DNA from: Octopus sinensis
Taxonomy: Eukaryota
Reading direction: 5' to 3'
Assembly (NCBI RefSeq): GCF_006345805.1
Contig: NC_043009.1
Coordinates: 62,001 to 126,000, forward strand
Length of the DNA stretch: 64,000 nucleotides
In this document: piece by piece, positions 40,085 to 53,085 of the stretch
Layout: every line of letters begins with the position of its first letter
Numbering within the stretch: position 1 is the stretch's first letter
The notes under the pieces: generated by a model
Databases searched by the model: none
The model's input: the letters and a program-made list of their open reading frames with translations, nothing else
What the model was told of the DNA's origin: nothing
Translations under genes and position numbers: made by a program

Positions 40085-41110
40085 ACGCAGAGTAAAGCTG
40101 CTTGGCGCAGTTTGACCTTGAACTTTGTTTTGCATGCGCACTAGGTCTTAACGTTCTAGTTTACTTCCACTGTTTACAGCAGTGCTTGGAAGGTACGTGT
40201 GTAGCGTGTGATCGTCGTATTGACTATGACAGAGAAAGCTGTCATGGTGAGACCTGCTCCGAGGTTGCAGAAAGTGTATGGAGAGTTGCATACATTTCCA
40301 AGATGGCCTTTTCCAAGCTGCACAGGCTTCCAAGACGTTCCAAGATGGCCGAAAAAATGCCAATAGTAACGAACGTTCTGGGAGACATGCAATCAGCAGA
40401 ACTGAGAAAAACATCGCAAATGTGCGTGGAAATCGTCGAATCACAATCCGTGAGTTATCAGGTGTGCAGATTACTTACGGTTCAGTTCAATCCATTATCA
40501 CTGACGATTTTTGTATGAGATGTGTGCCTGCCAAGTTTGGGCCAAAACTGCTTTCAGTTGACCAAAAAGTCACTCGGGTTTCAGTTGCACAAGACCTCCT
40601 TGATTCCTTGTTATGTCGAGAACAATGAAAACGTTTTAAAAAGTTTGCGTAGGCCTCTGAGCAGGTATCGCCAAGCTTTTCGCAAAACTTGATGCAGATT
40701 CTCTGCTCAATGTTCTCTGTCGTAGTTAATGTAAGAATCAAACGCTACACACCTTCCTTCCAAGCAGTGCTGTAAACAGTGGAAGTGAGCGAGACAGGAA
40801 AATCCTTCCTCATGCTCTGTACTCTCCGACCTCGCACCATCAGACTTCCGCTTCTTTCCGACCATGAAGTCTTTTTTGAAGGGAAAGCACTTTTCAGATA
40901 ATGATGAACTTATTTCCGAAGTAAATTCTTGGTTCCAGACGCAGCCTACCGATCTATATAGACGATGTCGTCACCGCTGCATGAAGCAAAGGGAAAAGTG
41001 TGTCACCATTGGTGGTGGCCATGTAGAGAAGGACTAATAATTACGCCAAATTTCGTTTATCCCAGTCCTTGAGAAGTGAGTCAAGAGACATCTTTAATGA
41101 ATAGCCCTCG
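40085..41110 (+). mobile_element. Rearranged mariner transposon with an inverted internal segment
   Basis: Plus strand: DGR..ERSGR..RRITIREL..AKFGPKLL..QK (40330-40620) and LPHALYS..LAPSDF..EKCV..GG.HVEKD* (40800-41038). Minus strand: HTH EQRICIKFCEKLGDTCSEAY (40625-40790). Right TIR ...atagccctcg|TA at 41110. Confidence 0.85.
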
Positions 41111-41142
41111 TATATGTACACTCACACACATATTATATCGCG

Positions 41143-41216
<74 letters not shown>

Positions 41217-41217
<1 letters not shown>

Positions 41218-44200
41218 ACCTCAAAAAGGAGTGCAAGTCTGCCGCGAAACAACGACAACAACAACAACAACCGCAGGAAAAACCACAAAAGTCAGCATTA
41301 TTGCCCACACCACAGTATGGACGGCTAATCAAGAAGCTATATGCAGAAATGCATGAAAAGCAACAAAGAACGGACCAACCCAACCAAACAACACCACCAC
41401 CTGCGCCAAGAACAGAATCATCACCACCAACAACAACTAAACCAATTCCAACACCGAGAACAACAACGAAGAAGACAAGCACCAAGGATGTAGGAAAGAC
41501 AATCACTACACCAAACTCCCCAGCAACACCCCTCCTCCCCGCACACTACAACAATATCTACAACCGCACAAACAGACCCAGATGCTTTGCCCTTACCCCC
41601 TTCTGATTCGTCAGACTTTTCATCTAACGATGAAAGTTCGACAGAATGGCAAATAGCCACCGGGGGTAAAAGAAAAAGATTTAAAAACAAACAAACAAGA
41701 AAACGCAACCAAAGCAGGGAGATACCTGAACCCTGAAAGCTCCATACACAACCAAACAAGCACCAACACGACAAAAACACACACAATGCTATCAGCGATA
41801 GACACCAAAGACTCCAAACTAATGGAGTACATCACAGCTCACACAAACATCTGTGAAGATGACTTCAAAACTAACAACCATCCACGCACTACACCACCCA
41901 AACACATCAAAATACTACACATCACACAAACACAACACCACACACTCAAAGCCCTCTTCCCAAATGCGGTTGGGGGGTTCCAAAAATATCTTTCGAAAAA
42001 CTCTATAAAAACCTCCTCCAAGACACATCAAACGACGAGGAAGCCAAAACTTTCGACACTAGTAAGTAACTCTCTGTACCTTCCTTTTTGTGTTTTAAAG
42101 CACACACACCCCAATAGAATCATGGTCAAGATTTGTTGTGTGAATGCGCGTGGCTTGGGGTTTCCTTGGAAACAAGGATACCTCCTAAATGACATCAAGT
42201 CACACGATTTGGGAATCATAGCCATAAGTGAGACCAGACTCCACGAGCCACGGGCCCTAAAGTCCATGTTTGGCGGACAGTTTAACATTTATTTTGCTCC
42301 CTGTCTGCCGAGGATGGGCGGTAGTGGCACCGCGGTACTTTTTCACAAGAGCCTGGATCTCGAAGTCAAGACGATATTCGTAGACCCGGAGGGTAGACTA
42401 GTCGTTCTGGATGTCGACGGCAGCAATGGGTGCGCTTTTCGACTCGTATCAGTCTACGCACCGCCTTTAACAGGTCGGCCGGATTTCTTTCGACGTCTAG
42501 AAGTATTCCTGGGAACGTCTCGTCCTTTACTTTTAGTGGGGGATTAGAATGCTACCTTGGACACGCATCTAGACTATGTGGGGAGAGACAAAAACAGAAG
42601 GGGATGCAAATGCCTCAGAGACCTGCTCAGACGATTCCAACTGTCTGACAGGAACCGACTCGACCACCCAAATGCACCAACGTGGACATGGAGCAACCGC
42701 AGTGGGTCGTCGAGATCGTATCTAGATAGGATACTGTGTAGGACAGTAGACAGGGATAACTTAGGATGTCCACAATTCCACACAGTCAGCTACACGGATC
42801 ACAAATTCGTGACGTGTACGCTAGACTTAGATAAGGCACATAGACAGGGTCCTGGTTACTGGAAACAGAACGCATCTTTCCCGTCCAGACAGGTTTTCAG
42901 AGACAGAATCAACACGTTAGTAAAAAGGGCATTAACGGGAGCCATTGTTAACAACAAATGGTGGTTCGCCCTCAAGAGAGCAGTAAAAGCGGAAGCAATT
43001 AGATATAGCAAGGCACTAGCCGTAGATAGAAATAGAGTGGAGGGTGAGTTAGTTAAGAAGTTAGAAGTGGCAATAAGAAGCGGCATCACATCCGACGTTT
43101 TAGCGGCGAGGTTGGCCCTTGACCAACACTTCAACGCCAAACACGAAGGGTGTGCTGTCAGGGGTAGGATGCATGCTCTAAGGATGGAAGGTGTTGGAGC
43201 CGCGAGTGAGTCCCGGGTGGCGGAGGCGCAGCAGGGCAACAAAGCCACCATTCGGTCTCTGGTAGATGGACAAGGGCGTGAATTGGTCGAGCCAGCAAGA
43301 TGTGCGAGACATTTCAGCGGTACTTTACCCGACTGTACGAGACGAGTGGCGAGCGTGAACGCAGGGTGGACTTCAGTGCCTACCTGCACAGCCTACTACG
43401 ACTCTCGGCAAGAGAGGCAGAGTTCTGCGAAGGTGCCAACACGGCGGCGGATGTGCGGGACGCGATGGCAGAATGCTCGAGAGACAAATCACCGGGTTTG
43501 GATGGTCTGCCCTACGAGTTTTACAATTGTATGCCAGACTTGTTTGGAGACGTCTTGGCAGCGGTATACTGCAACTGGCAGCAAAACGGGAGCATACCCG
43601 GTTTTGTGAGTCGAGGAGCCGTAACGCTGCTGAAGAAAGATCCAAACAAGGGAAACATTATAGATAACTTTAGACCAATCACTCTGCTCAATACAGACCT
43701 GAAAATTTTGACCAAGGTGTTAGCCAAGAGGTTGGCGCTTGTCATCGAGAAACTGATCGACAAGGCACAAACGTGCGCCGTGCCGGGCCGGAGCATCCAT
43801 GACAACCTCCATCTGATGCGCTACATCATAGACAGAGTAGTTAAGGAACCTGGCATGGGTGGGGCCCTGATCAACTTGGATCAATCGAAAGCCTTCGATA
43901 GGGTAGACCATCGATACTTGGAGGCTGTCCTGAGAGCGGCTGGTTTCGGTCCCGTCTTCCGCGGCTGGATAGCTGCCTTGTACAGAGACATCCGTTCGGT
44001 AATTCGCGTAAATGGACATCTATCGAGACCTTTCGACATTGCACGTTCGGTCCGTCAGGGATGCCCTCTCTCGGCGCTTCTATACGTATTGACTCTCGAG
44101 CCACTACTGCGGAAGCTGACGACTCTGAGGGGCATCCCGCGAGAATTGGGATGCGGGACGAGCGTGTCTGCATACACGGACGACGTCACCGTCATAGTGT

Positions 44201-45904
44201 CAAGCCACGAGCACATCGAGCTGGTCGGCGAGAAACTGAAAGACTACGAAGCGGTGACAGGAGCAAAAATCAACCGGGGAAAAGTCAGTGGGCTTGCGGC
44301 TCGGCACCTGGAGAAGCAAACCCATGCCGTCCATCAGTACCTCCGTCGTGGGACGCTGGACGGACGGCCCGGTTGAGTTGCTCGGGGTCTGGTTCGGCCC
44401 GACCTCCAAATGGAGAAGAACTGGAACGAGATAACGAGTAGGGTGGTCACTCTCGCCCGGCAATGGGCCGAGAGGAAACTGTCCCTAAAAGGTCGGGCGG
44501 AGGTGGCGAACACGTACATCGCGTCCATCATCTACTACCGCCTGACCGTCGTACCTTGTCCCGACCCTACCATCACCAAACTAGAACGCATTCTCTTCCG
44601 CTTCTTGTGGAAAGGATGCGTCCCGATGGTCAGGCGATCCATTTGCTGTCAACACCCGTTAAAAGGAGGGCTGGGCATAGCGTGGTTGATGATGCGCAGA
44701 CGCGCTGAGACTGCGACATCTCCAGCTCTATGTAGACGACGGTGAACAGGTGTGGTCGCCGTTTGTGAGGCACGTGTTCCCGCAGCTCGTCTCCATGACC
44801 GAACTGCAGTCGTGGATCAAAAGGAGGCCGAAAAAGGGCGAATGGCACCGCGAGTGTCGCGTTGCTCTCAAGCAACTCTGCCGTCCCGGGTCGACTTTGA
44901 GTGACTTCATCACAACCAAAGCATTCTATAGGGGATTAGTGGAGGTGAGGTACGACGATGATCTTGGGGCAAACCTGGGCGTCGACGAGGAGTACCTGAC
45001 CCGCCTGTTTGAAACGACTTTCGGACCGGGACCTATGGACAACTTCCAGAGATCCCTGGCCTGGCAGTGCTACCGAGAAGCGCTACCCGTTCGGGATAAG
45101 CTCTATAGGCATGGCTTGAGAAACACGGGGCCGACCTGCCCGAGATGCGGGCAGAGCGACGAAACCGTTCTGCACGCAATCGTGCAGTGTCCAACAATCT
45201 CCGACCTGTGGGCTTATGTCGAACGACTGCTGTCACGTGTGGGACGTGTCGGTTTATCAGCCGAGTCTATCGTTAATATCGTCACGCCTCCTTCCTTCAA
45301 ACGTGAAGGAAGAGCTATTTTTTATCATACTTGTGACTATGGCGAAAGAATGTATCTGGTGGACGCACCTGAAAGGATTAGAGACAAACACTTTCCTCTC
45401 TGGTCAATCTCTCATCAACTTCTTCAAGTATCACTTGAAGAGGAAAGTGAGAGTAGAGAGGCAAGTGTTGTCTAGTGAATGTTTTAAAAAACAGATGGGT
45501 GAATGTAGCAAGGATGGCACGTATGAATGACGAAGCCACCTTGACTATGATCCTATGAACCCTAAAAATTAACACAGAGAGTTGCTTATTTGTAAAAAAA
45601 ATATAACATGTGACTTCATTGACCGAGGTTACCGTGGTCTTTTCCGTAGGCTTTTCTTTCCACGGGTAAACCTCACATGTCCTCCCCTTTACACTTTATA
45701 TTGACATTTCTGTGATAACGATCCCTATTGATCAATTTTTTCCTTTCACTCTTTTTACCTTTCCCCCTCTTTTTTTTGTCCTCTTTCTTTCCTTTTACGA
45801 TCCTTTCGATCGAAAACCAAACCCCCTTTTTTACCCCCAAAAGAAAAGCTCTACCTTGTAATTTGTCCTGTCTGTGTGCAGCCCTGTGTGACTAATAAAG
45901 AAAC
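41217..45904 (+). mobile_element. Tx1-like (L1-clade) LINE, 5'-truncated within ORF1, inserted in (ATCT)n
   Basis: Begins at HLKKEC (end of a CCHC knuckle). ORF2 from ATG 42122: APE (VNARGL, ISETRL, VYAP, GD*N, SYLDRI, TDH), RT (KSPGLDGLP, FRPITLLNTDLKI, DQSKAFDRV, QGCPLS, YTDD) and zf-RVT CPRC..ETVLHAIVQC. One stop (42545-42547) and several frameshifts. 3' UTR ends aataaagaaac; (ATCT)n on both sides. Confidence 0.92.
42122..45556 (+). pseudogene. Tx1-like ORF2 (endonuclease, reverse transcriptase, zinc finger), disrupted
   Basis: Assembled from track ORFs 41786-42547, 42557-43609, 43300-44376, 44410-44745, 44750-45475 and 45216-45530. Confidence 0.9.
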
Positions 45905-45905
45905 A

Positions 45906-45941
<36 letters not shown>

Positions 45942-45942
45942 A

Positions 45943-45998
<56 letters not shown>

Positions 45999-46100
45999 GT
46001 ATATCTATCTATCTATCTGTCTAGCTATCTGTCTGTCTATCGATCTATCTATCTATCTATCTATCTGTATATCTAATTATCTGTATATCTATCTATCTAT

Positions 46101-46749
46101 GAGCTATTTTCATCATCCTTGTGGCTAAGGCGAAAGAATGTATCTGGTGGACGCGTCTGAAAGGATTGGAGACAAACACTTTCCTCTCTGGTCAATCTCT
46201 CATCAACTTCTTCAAGTACCACTCGAAAAGGAAAGTGAGAGTAGAGAGGCAAGTTTTGTCTAGCGAATGTTTTAAAAACAGATGGGTGAATGTAGCAAGG
46301 ATGGCACGTATGAATGACGAAGTCACCTTGACTATGATTCTATATGAACCCAGAAATTGAAAACAGAGGGTTACCCACTTGCAAACAAATGTGGTAACAT
46401 ATAACAATATTGACCGAGGTTACCGTGGTCTTTTTCGTAGGCTTTTCTTCCCACGGATAAACCTTATCTGCTTCCCCCTTTTCACCGTACATCATGACAC
46501 TGATACACGATCCCTATTGATCGTTTTTTTTCCTCTTCCCCTTTTTCCTCTTTTTTCTTCTTTCTTTCTTTTTTCTTTTCTTTTGTTTCTTTTCCTTTTT
46601 TTCTTTTTTTTTCTCTTTTTTCTTTTTTCTCTTTTACGATCCCTTTTGATCGAAAACCTATGCCACTTTTTTTCCCATCCCCCAAAAGAAAAGCTCTACC
46701 TTGTAATTTGTCCCATCTGTGTGCAGCCCTGTGTGGCCAATAAAGAAAC
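46101..46749 (+). mobile_element. Second, heavily 5'-truncated copy of the same Tx1-like family, also in (ATCT)n
   Basis: Homologous to 45312-45904 with visible divergence, so an independent insertion. Same aataaagaaac end; (ATCT)n on both sides. Confidence 0.9.
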
Positions 46750-46753
46750 TTAA

Positions 46754-46827
<74 letters not shown>

Positions 46828-46928
46828 GTCTATCTATCTATCTATACACACACACTATGTAAATATAAAATATGAGAGCGGGAGAGTGAGAGTGGAGGAG
46901 GAGAGAAAGGCAGGGAGAAAGAGAGAGA

Positions 46929-46982
<54 letters not shown>

Positions 46983-47241
46983 GTTATAAGATTGCCGGTT
47001 GTGTATATCCGTCGCCATTGTAAGCCGACGGAAGTTGATTAGTTATTAGTGTTTAATTTGTAGTTTTGTAGTTGAAGGTTACTGACTGTGTGTTTTTGTG
47101 AGTGCAGTTTATCTGTGAATCAATATTTAATACGGTGTGTAGTAGGATGACGCATGATTGGTTGTTGGGTAGCATACCTTAGAATGTTTAATTATATATT
47201 TACATATACACATATGTGTGTGTAAGTGCATACATACATTT

Positions 47242-47297
<56 letters not shown>

Positions 47298-47320
47298 AAT
47301 AAACATACATATATACTTAC

Positions 47321-47399
<79 letters not shown>

Positions 47400-47460
47400 A
47401 ACTGGGTCGTTGCATTCTTGCATTGAAAGATAGTATGATAGTAACCGAATGGGAGATAGC

Positions 47461-47491
<31 letters not shown>

Positions 47492-47830
47492 AAAAAGAAA
47501 GAGTAAAAGAGGAGAGAATGTGTGAAAGAGGTTAATCGAATTAGCGAGGAGAGGGTGGCCCAAAGAGAGACAGGGAATTGGTGGGAAATTGCAGTGAGCT
47601 AAGAATAGAGAGAGGTGGGTAGAGTAGATCAAGTCCTCAAATATAGGTGCATGATCGATTATCTAGATCCTAGGACTTGATTGGTACTATACTTTATTGA
47701 CCCCAAAGGGATGAAAAGTTTATTTGGTGAGACTTGGGATCAGATCCCGATGAAAGGCAGTAACTAAATACAAACCCAAAGACAGCTTCGGTTGAGCAGA
47801 CCCAAGATTAAAAACGTTCGAGCTGTGACC

Positions 47831-47865
<35 letters not shown>

Positions 47866-47869
<4 letters not shown>

Positions 47870-49443
47870 GGACGACAATGTTCGACACACCCTTTGATTT
47901 GGACATGTTTTTGAGACAATAATATGTGGTTGAGGGATATTGGCTACTGTTCCTAACAGATCCAGCAATGACGTGGCGGTTTCGTCGTTGGCTCAGTTGC
48001 ATTTCTTTCTGATATAAAGTCTGTATAAAGCGGAAAAGTCACTGAGAACTGGTTAACCAGAAGATAGCTCGGTGTTTTCTACCAATCACATGATCAAGAC
48101 ACTTAATTTTCAATAGGCCAGTCCAACTAACTGTTGCTATGGTTATTTGTTTTCTTTAGTACAATGTCAGTTTTGACTGAGTAAACCTATGTTCGCAGGT
48201 AATCCAGCCGTGACCATACTGTCGTTTGAAGGAGAGCAAATCAAGCGACTATGTAGACAGTTAACGTTTGCTCGACTGCCTGTTGTTACCATTTAGTCCA
48301 AGGTAGTGGGTGTTTGCTGTAGTGCGTAAGGAGTAGCAGCATTGTTCACCAGTCAGCCGCACATTTTCATACATGGACAAGAGCACCACTAGTCCCCGAT
48401 TATTACACAGCCCTGACTTATGGCTCCCAGAAGTTAGAAGCGCACACCGACTGCCACACCACGGTATTTCACTTCGGTTAAAGAGGAAAATTAAATAGGG
48501 AGTATCAGCAATCTTGGAATGATTTGCTACGGGGTTCAGTTCCACCGCGTGGCACCTTGGGCAAGTGCCTTCTACTTTAGTCTCGGGATTACCAGACTTG
48601 TGAGTGTATTTGGTAGATGGCAACTGAAAGAAGCCCGTCGTATATATATATATAATATATATATATATATTCAGGACGACAATGTTCGACACACCCTTTG
48701 ATTTGGACATGTTTTTGAGACAATAATATGTGGTTGAGGATATTGGCTACTGTTCCTAACAGATCCAGCAATGACGTGGCGGTTTCGTCGTTGGCTCAGT
48801 TGCATTTCTTTCTGATATAAAGTCTGTATAAAGCGGAAAAGTCACTGAGAACTGGTTAACCAGAAGATAGCTCGGTGTTTTCTACCAATCACATGATCAA
48901 GACACTTAATTTTCAATAGGCCAGTCCAACTAACTGTTGCTATGGTTATTTGTTTTCTTTAGTACAATGTCAGTTTTGACTGAGTAAACCTATGTTCGCA
49001 GGTAATCCAGCCGTGACCATACTGTCGTTTGAAGGAGAGCAAATCAAGCGACTATGTAGACAGTTAACGTTTGCTCGACTGCCTGTTGTTACCATTTAGT
49101 CCAAGGTAGTGGGTGTTTGCTGTAGTGCGTAAGGAGTAGCAGCATTGTTCACCAGTCAGCCGCACATTTTCATACATGGACAAGAGCACCACTAGTCCCC
49201 GATTATTACACAGCCCTGACTTATGGCTCCCAGAAGTTAGAAGCGCACACCGACTGCCACACCACGGTATTTCACTTCGGTTAAAGAGGAAAATTAAATA
49301 GGGAGTATCAGCAATCTTGGAATGATTTGCTACGGGGTTCAGTTCCACCGCGTGGCACCTTGGGCAAGTGCCTTCTACTTTAGTCTCGGGATTACCAGAC
49401 TTGTGAGTGTATTTGGTAGATGGCAACTGAAAGAAGCCCGTCG
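47866..49443 (+). repeat. Near-identical tandem duplication of a 775-bp unit bounded by (TA)n
   Basis: Units 47866-48640 and 48670-49443; only a 1-bp indel seen (gaggg vs gagg); (TA)n at all three junctions. Confidence 0.95.
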
Positions 49444-50032
49444 TATATATATATAAGCTTCGTAGTGAAGTCTTTACTCTTGTCCTTGATGGCTTGAGAT
49501 AAAAATTGAACCGTCTTCATTTTGTATGAAGAATACCGAATGTCTTCGTGCACTACGTGCCTGATAAGAAAGTCAGACAGAAAACCCTCTGAGGCACAAG
49601 TCCAGGCAATGTTGTTTATAGCAGACCAGCAGTTGCCCATGCATACCAGCCTCCTTTCTCCATGCCACTGGTGTTACTCAAGAGAAAAGCAAAAGTTGAT
49701 ACAGTGTGGCACCTGTGACGTCGCAACTCATTCCCACAGCTGAGTGAACTGCAGCAACATGAACTAAAGTGTCTTGCTCAAGAACACAACACACAGCCTG
49801 GACTGGGAATTGAACTCACTGAGAGAATAAGAGCAAAACAAAAGGAACAACATACTCTTTATTCTTTTACTTGCTTCAGTCATTTGACTGCGGCCATGCT
49901 AGAGCACAGCCTTTAGTTGAGCAAATCTACCTCAGGACTTATTCTTTGTAAGCCTAGTACTTATTCTAAGTTACTGCTAAGTTACGGGGACGTAAGCACA
50001 CCAGCAGCGCTTGTCAGGTGATGTTGTGGGGA

Positions 50033-50070
<38 letters not shown>

Positions 50071-50077
50071 ATATATC

Positions 50078-50450
50078 TCTATATATAAAAATGAAATGCG
50101 TTTTTACCGCTTGGATCGCTTTCAATGCCACTACATCCCGTCCGATTCGCTCCAAAATTTACAGGGACATGTAGAATGAGGTGACGATGCCCGTGGGCTA
50201 CCTTATAAATCCATATCTTGAAAGGTGTGGTTGCTAGGGGCCATCTTCCTCACTCACGCTATTTCCTCCTTTCCCTCTCTTACTCCCCTTCATTTATAAC
50301 TTTGAGAAGTCCACTCCCATTATTTAATGTATTCCCCTTCAACTCCCTTTCACTTTCCCTTTATAAGTTCGTCAGACGGCTTTCTTTGATGTATCTGTCT
50401 GCATTCATAGGGAGAATTATCATCGCTACCAACAACACACAATCATGAGA
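50078..50450 (+). mobile_element. Probable Helitron 5' end fragment
   Basis: TCTATATATAAAAATG start after a TA run, similar to the ends at 30882 and 32019; no 3' CTAG end found. Confidence 0.45.
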
Positions 50451-50486
50451 ACACATATTATGAATCAGATATTCATTGCGTTCATT

Positions 50487-50530
<44 letters not shown>

Positions 50531-50826
50531 CGATATATAAATATGTATGTATATCTCTATATATACAAAGTGTATATATCTGTATTTATGTATATTAAAC
50601 TTTTTAATACTTTTTGATAGTTATATATATATTTTTAAACAAATTATAAATATAATTTAATAATTTTTATTTTAAATTTAAATAATTTAAATTTTTCAAT
50701 TTTATATATTTTCTATATCATATTTTTATTTTTATGTTTTTGTTTTTGTTTTTTTTGCCTATTAGTGGTTTTATCTCTAATTTAATTTATACATATATAT
50801 ATATATAATTTGTATATATAATGCGT

Positions 50827-50877
<51 letters not shown>

Positions 50878-50930
50878 ATGTGTGTATTATGTGGTCGGTC
50901 GGTTCAGCTGAAAATATGCACACCTATGAA

Positions 50931-52017
50931 CCCTTTCGTTACTATATTTCTAACCAAAATACACCCCTTATGTGTTTCAATTAATTTCTAACATAATCAT
51001 AAAGTTAGTCTGGTTTCATTAAACAACTATAACTTTTTTATTTATCAATATATTAATAGGATTTTGGGAATATAATTGAATGAAATGTTCTCAACCAATT
51101 CTATACTATAATTTTTGTCACAAAGTGACTCTAATTGCAGGTAGATACAGGTAAATTCAACAAAATATAAAATTATTAAAATTTTGTTCAAACATCGCTA
51201 TAGAAAATGGGTTATTAGCTAATATTCAATTGGGTATACAACAAAATTTTACGATAGAATTTGTTATTCTGTGTAACTTTCTGATACCCATAATAATATT
51301 TTTGGCAAAATAGTCTTAATTTCATTTAAGGTTGTGGGAAACCACTAACTATCCTTTCTTTCGCTTTGTTTACATTTAGCGTAACGGTTCGTTTCCGCCG
51401 TAATGATTTCAAATAGGCTCATTCGAAAAAGTAAAAAGAAATAGTCTAAGGCTTTACTCTCCTGGGAAAGTCTGTGGCTTGGTCCAGTTTCTTCAGAAAA
51501 ATCACCGAAAGAAAGAATTTTTTCAATTTTCACTCCATTTAGGTGCCAATTCATTTTCTTTATCGCTGTCGGAGCTCTCGGATTCACTGTTTTCACTTTC
51601 GGAAAATGAAACATCAGATTCATTATCAAATACCACGTGCTTTTTTTTTCAGTCATAGAGTTAGATTTATCAAGGTCTTCAGGTGAAAATCCTTCGAATT
51701 CTGACTCGCTGCTTGATATGATAAAATTCGTATCCATTTTTTGTCAGAATTACAAAGTTTGAAAACACAATAGGAACAAATTTTGGAAAAAAATCTCCCA
51801 AAATTCACGGAATTAAAATTACACTTCGATTCTTGTACAAAACTGTAGATGAACTGTTTACGAAGTATAATCACGTGTTTTCACGAATATAATAAAGAGA
51901 TTTGCTCTGATATTCTCATTTAAATATGAATAGGTAAATACGGGCGGGTTTGGGCGGTTTGGTCACATTAACCAAAATTTTTTTCGGGCGGCTTTGGGCG
52001 GTTTGGTAACGAAAGGG
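50931..52017 (-). mobile_element. Non-autonomous piggyBac element (1087 bp)
   Basis: 12-bp TIRs ccctttcgttac (50931-50942) and gtaacgaaaggg (52006-52017); TTAA on the right, TGAA on the left; subterminal repeat gggcgg(g/c)tttgggcggtttggt twice; minus ORF 51345-51737 with SESEFEGF..FSEETGP..LDYFFLLF..IITAETNRYA (piggyBac N-terminus). Confidence 0.88.
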
Positions 52018-52215
52018 TTAAAAGTGCTGGCAAGTTTGCATGACAACTATTTTTTTCCTCAAACGAAAGGCGTGACCTCTAGGACAAAATTCCTCATCTT
52101 ATAAAATGTGGCCCCAGTAGACCCGAATGAAATCGGGTTACATTAACCAAAAGGTGAAAAGGGGTATAAATGGGGCTGGAAGGGGATTAAAATTTAAAGG
52201 AGCGAGTGTTTAGGA

Positions 52216-52470
52216 ATTCTCTGTTACATCAAGCTAAAATATTTGCGCCAGCCTTTTAATCTTCAATGTGTTGCCGTTCATGATGAAGAAGTTTTGAATG
52301 CTTGCCATGGTGAGTCTACCGTCGTGAGAAAGAATCACTTCAAAACTTGGTGTTTACGAATTTTCTTTTACATCAAGTTCAAAATTTTACGCCAGCCGTT
52401 AAACTGTCAATACGTTGCTGTCCGTCGTTAAGAAATGCCAGTCATAGTGACTCTACTATCCTCAGATTCT
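52216..52470 (+). repeat. Diverged tandem repeat of about 140 bp (2 copies)
   Basis: ttacatcaag..gcgccagcc..gttgc..tgagtctac / tgactctac repeated at about 52216 and 52358. Confidence 0.6.
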
Positions 52471-52776
52471 ATCCCTTCAAACTTTGCTTTCCAATATTTT
52501 ATTATTTTTATTCAGCTCGCAAGTTCGTCTGTCCCTTTTAAATGTTAGCGTTTTGCTGTCTGCCTTGAAGCAGACCTTTCCGTTGCCACTGCCTGATATT
52601 TATGATTGATTTTTCTAAATATTTTATTTCTCAACTTACTCAAGATCTTTTGTTGTTTATAAATGGGAGAGAGATAGATAAAGATAGAGAGTAAGAGAAA
52701 GCGAGGGAGAGTCCGAGAGAAAAGAAAAGTAAGAGAGTGGGAAAGTGAGAAAGGAGAGAGAAACAAAGAGGGAGAA

Positions 52777-53085
52777 TCATCATCATCATCGCTTAACGTC
52801 CGTTTTCCGTGCTAGCATGGGTTGGACAGTTTGACCGGGGACTGGGAAGCCAGGAGGCTGCACCAGGCTCCAGTCTGATCTGGCAGTGTTTCTACAGGTG
52901 GATGACCTTCCTAACGCCAACCACTCTGTGAGTGTAGTGGGTGCTTTTTTCGTGCCGCCGGCACAGGTGCCAGGGGGCCACGCAGCGGCAACGATCGGTT
53001 GGTGCTTTTTACGTGCCACTGGCACAGAAGCCAGTCAAGGCGGCGCTGCAATCGGCCTCGTTCGGATGGTGCTTTTTACGTGCTG
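52777..53085 (-). mobile_element. Retroposon 3' end with an RTE-type tail ending in (GAT)n
   Basis: The minus strand ends ccaacccatgctagcacggaaaacggacgttaagcgatgatgatgat; internal motif ggtgcttttt..cgtgc three times. Confidence 0.6.

Noticed and set aside
41786-42121. 112 open codons upstream of and in frame with Tx1 ORF2 (possible ORF1-ORF2 fusion)
   Set aside because: ORF1 in this copy is already frameshifted at least twice, so in-frame continuity may be mutational; a consensus is needed.
50340-50380. Minus-strand CUGACGA…GAAA
   Set aside because: Stem II would need a 2-nt loop and stems I and III do not form.
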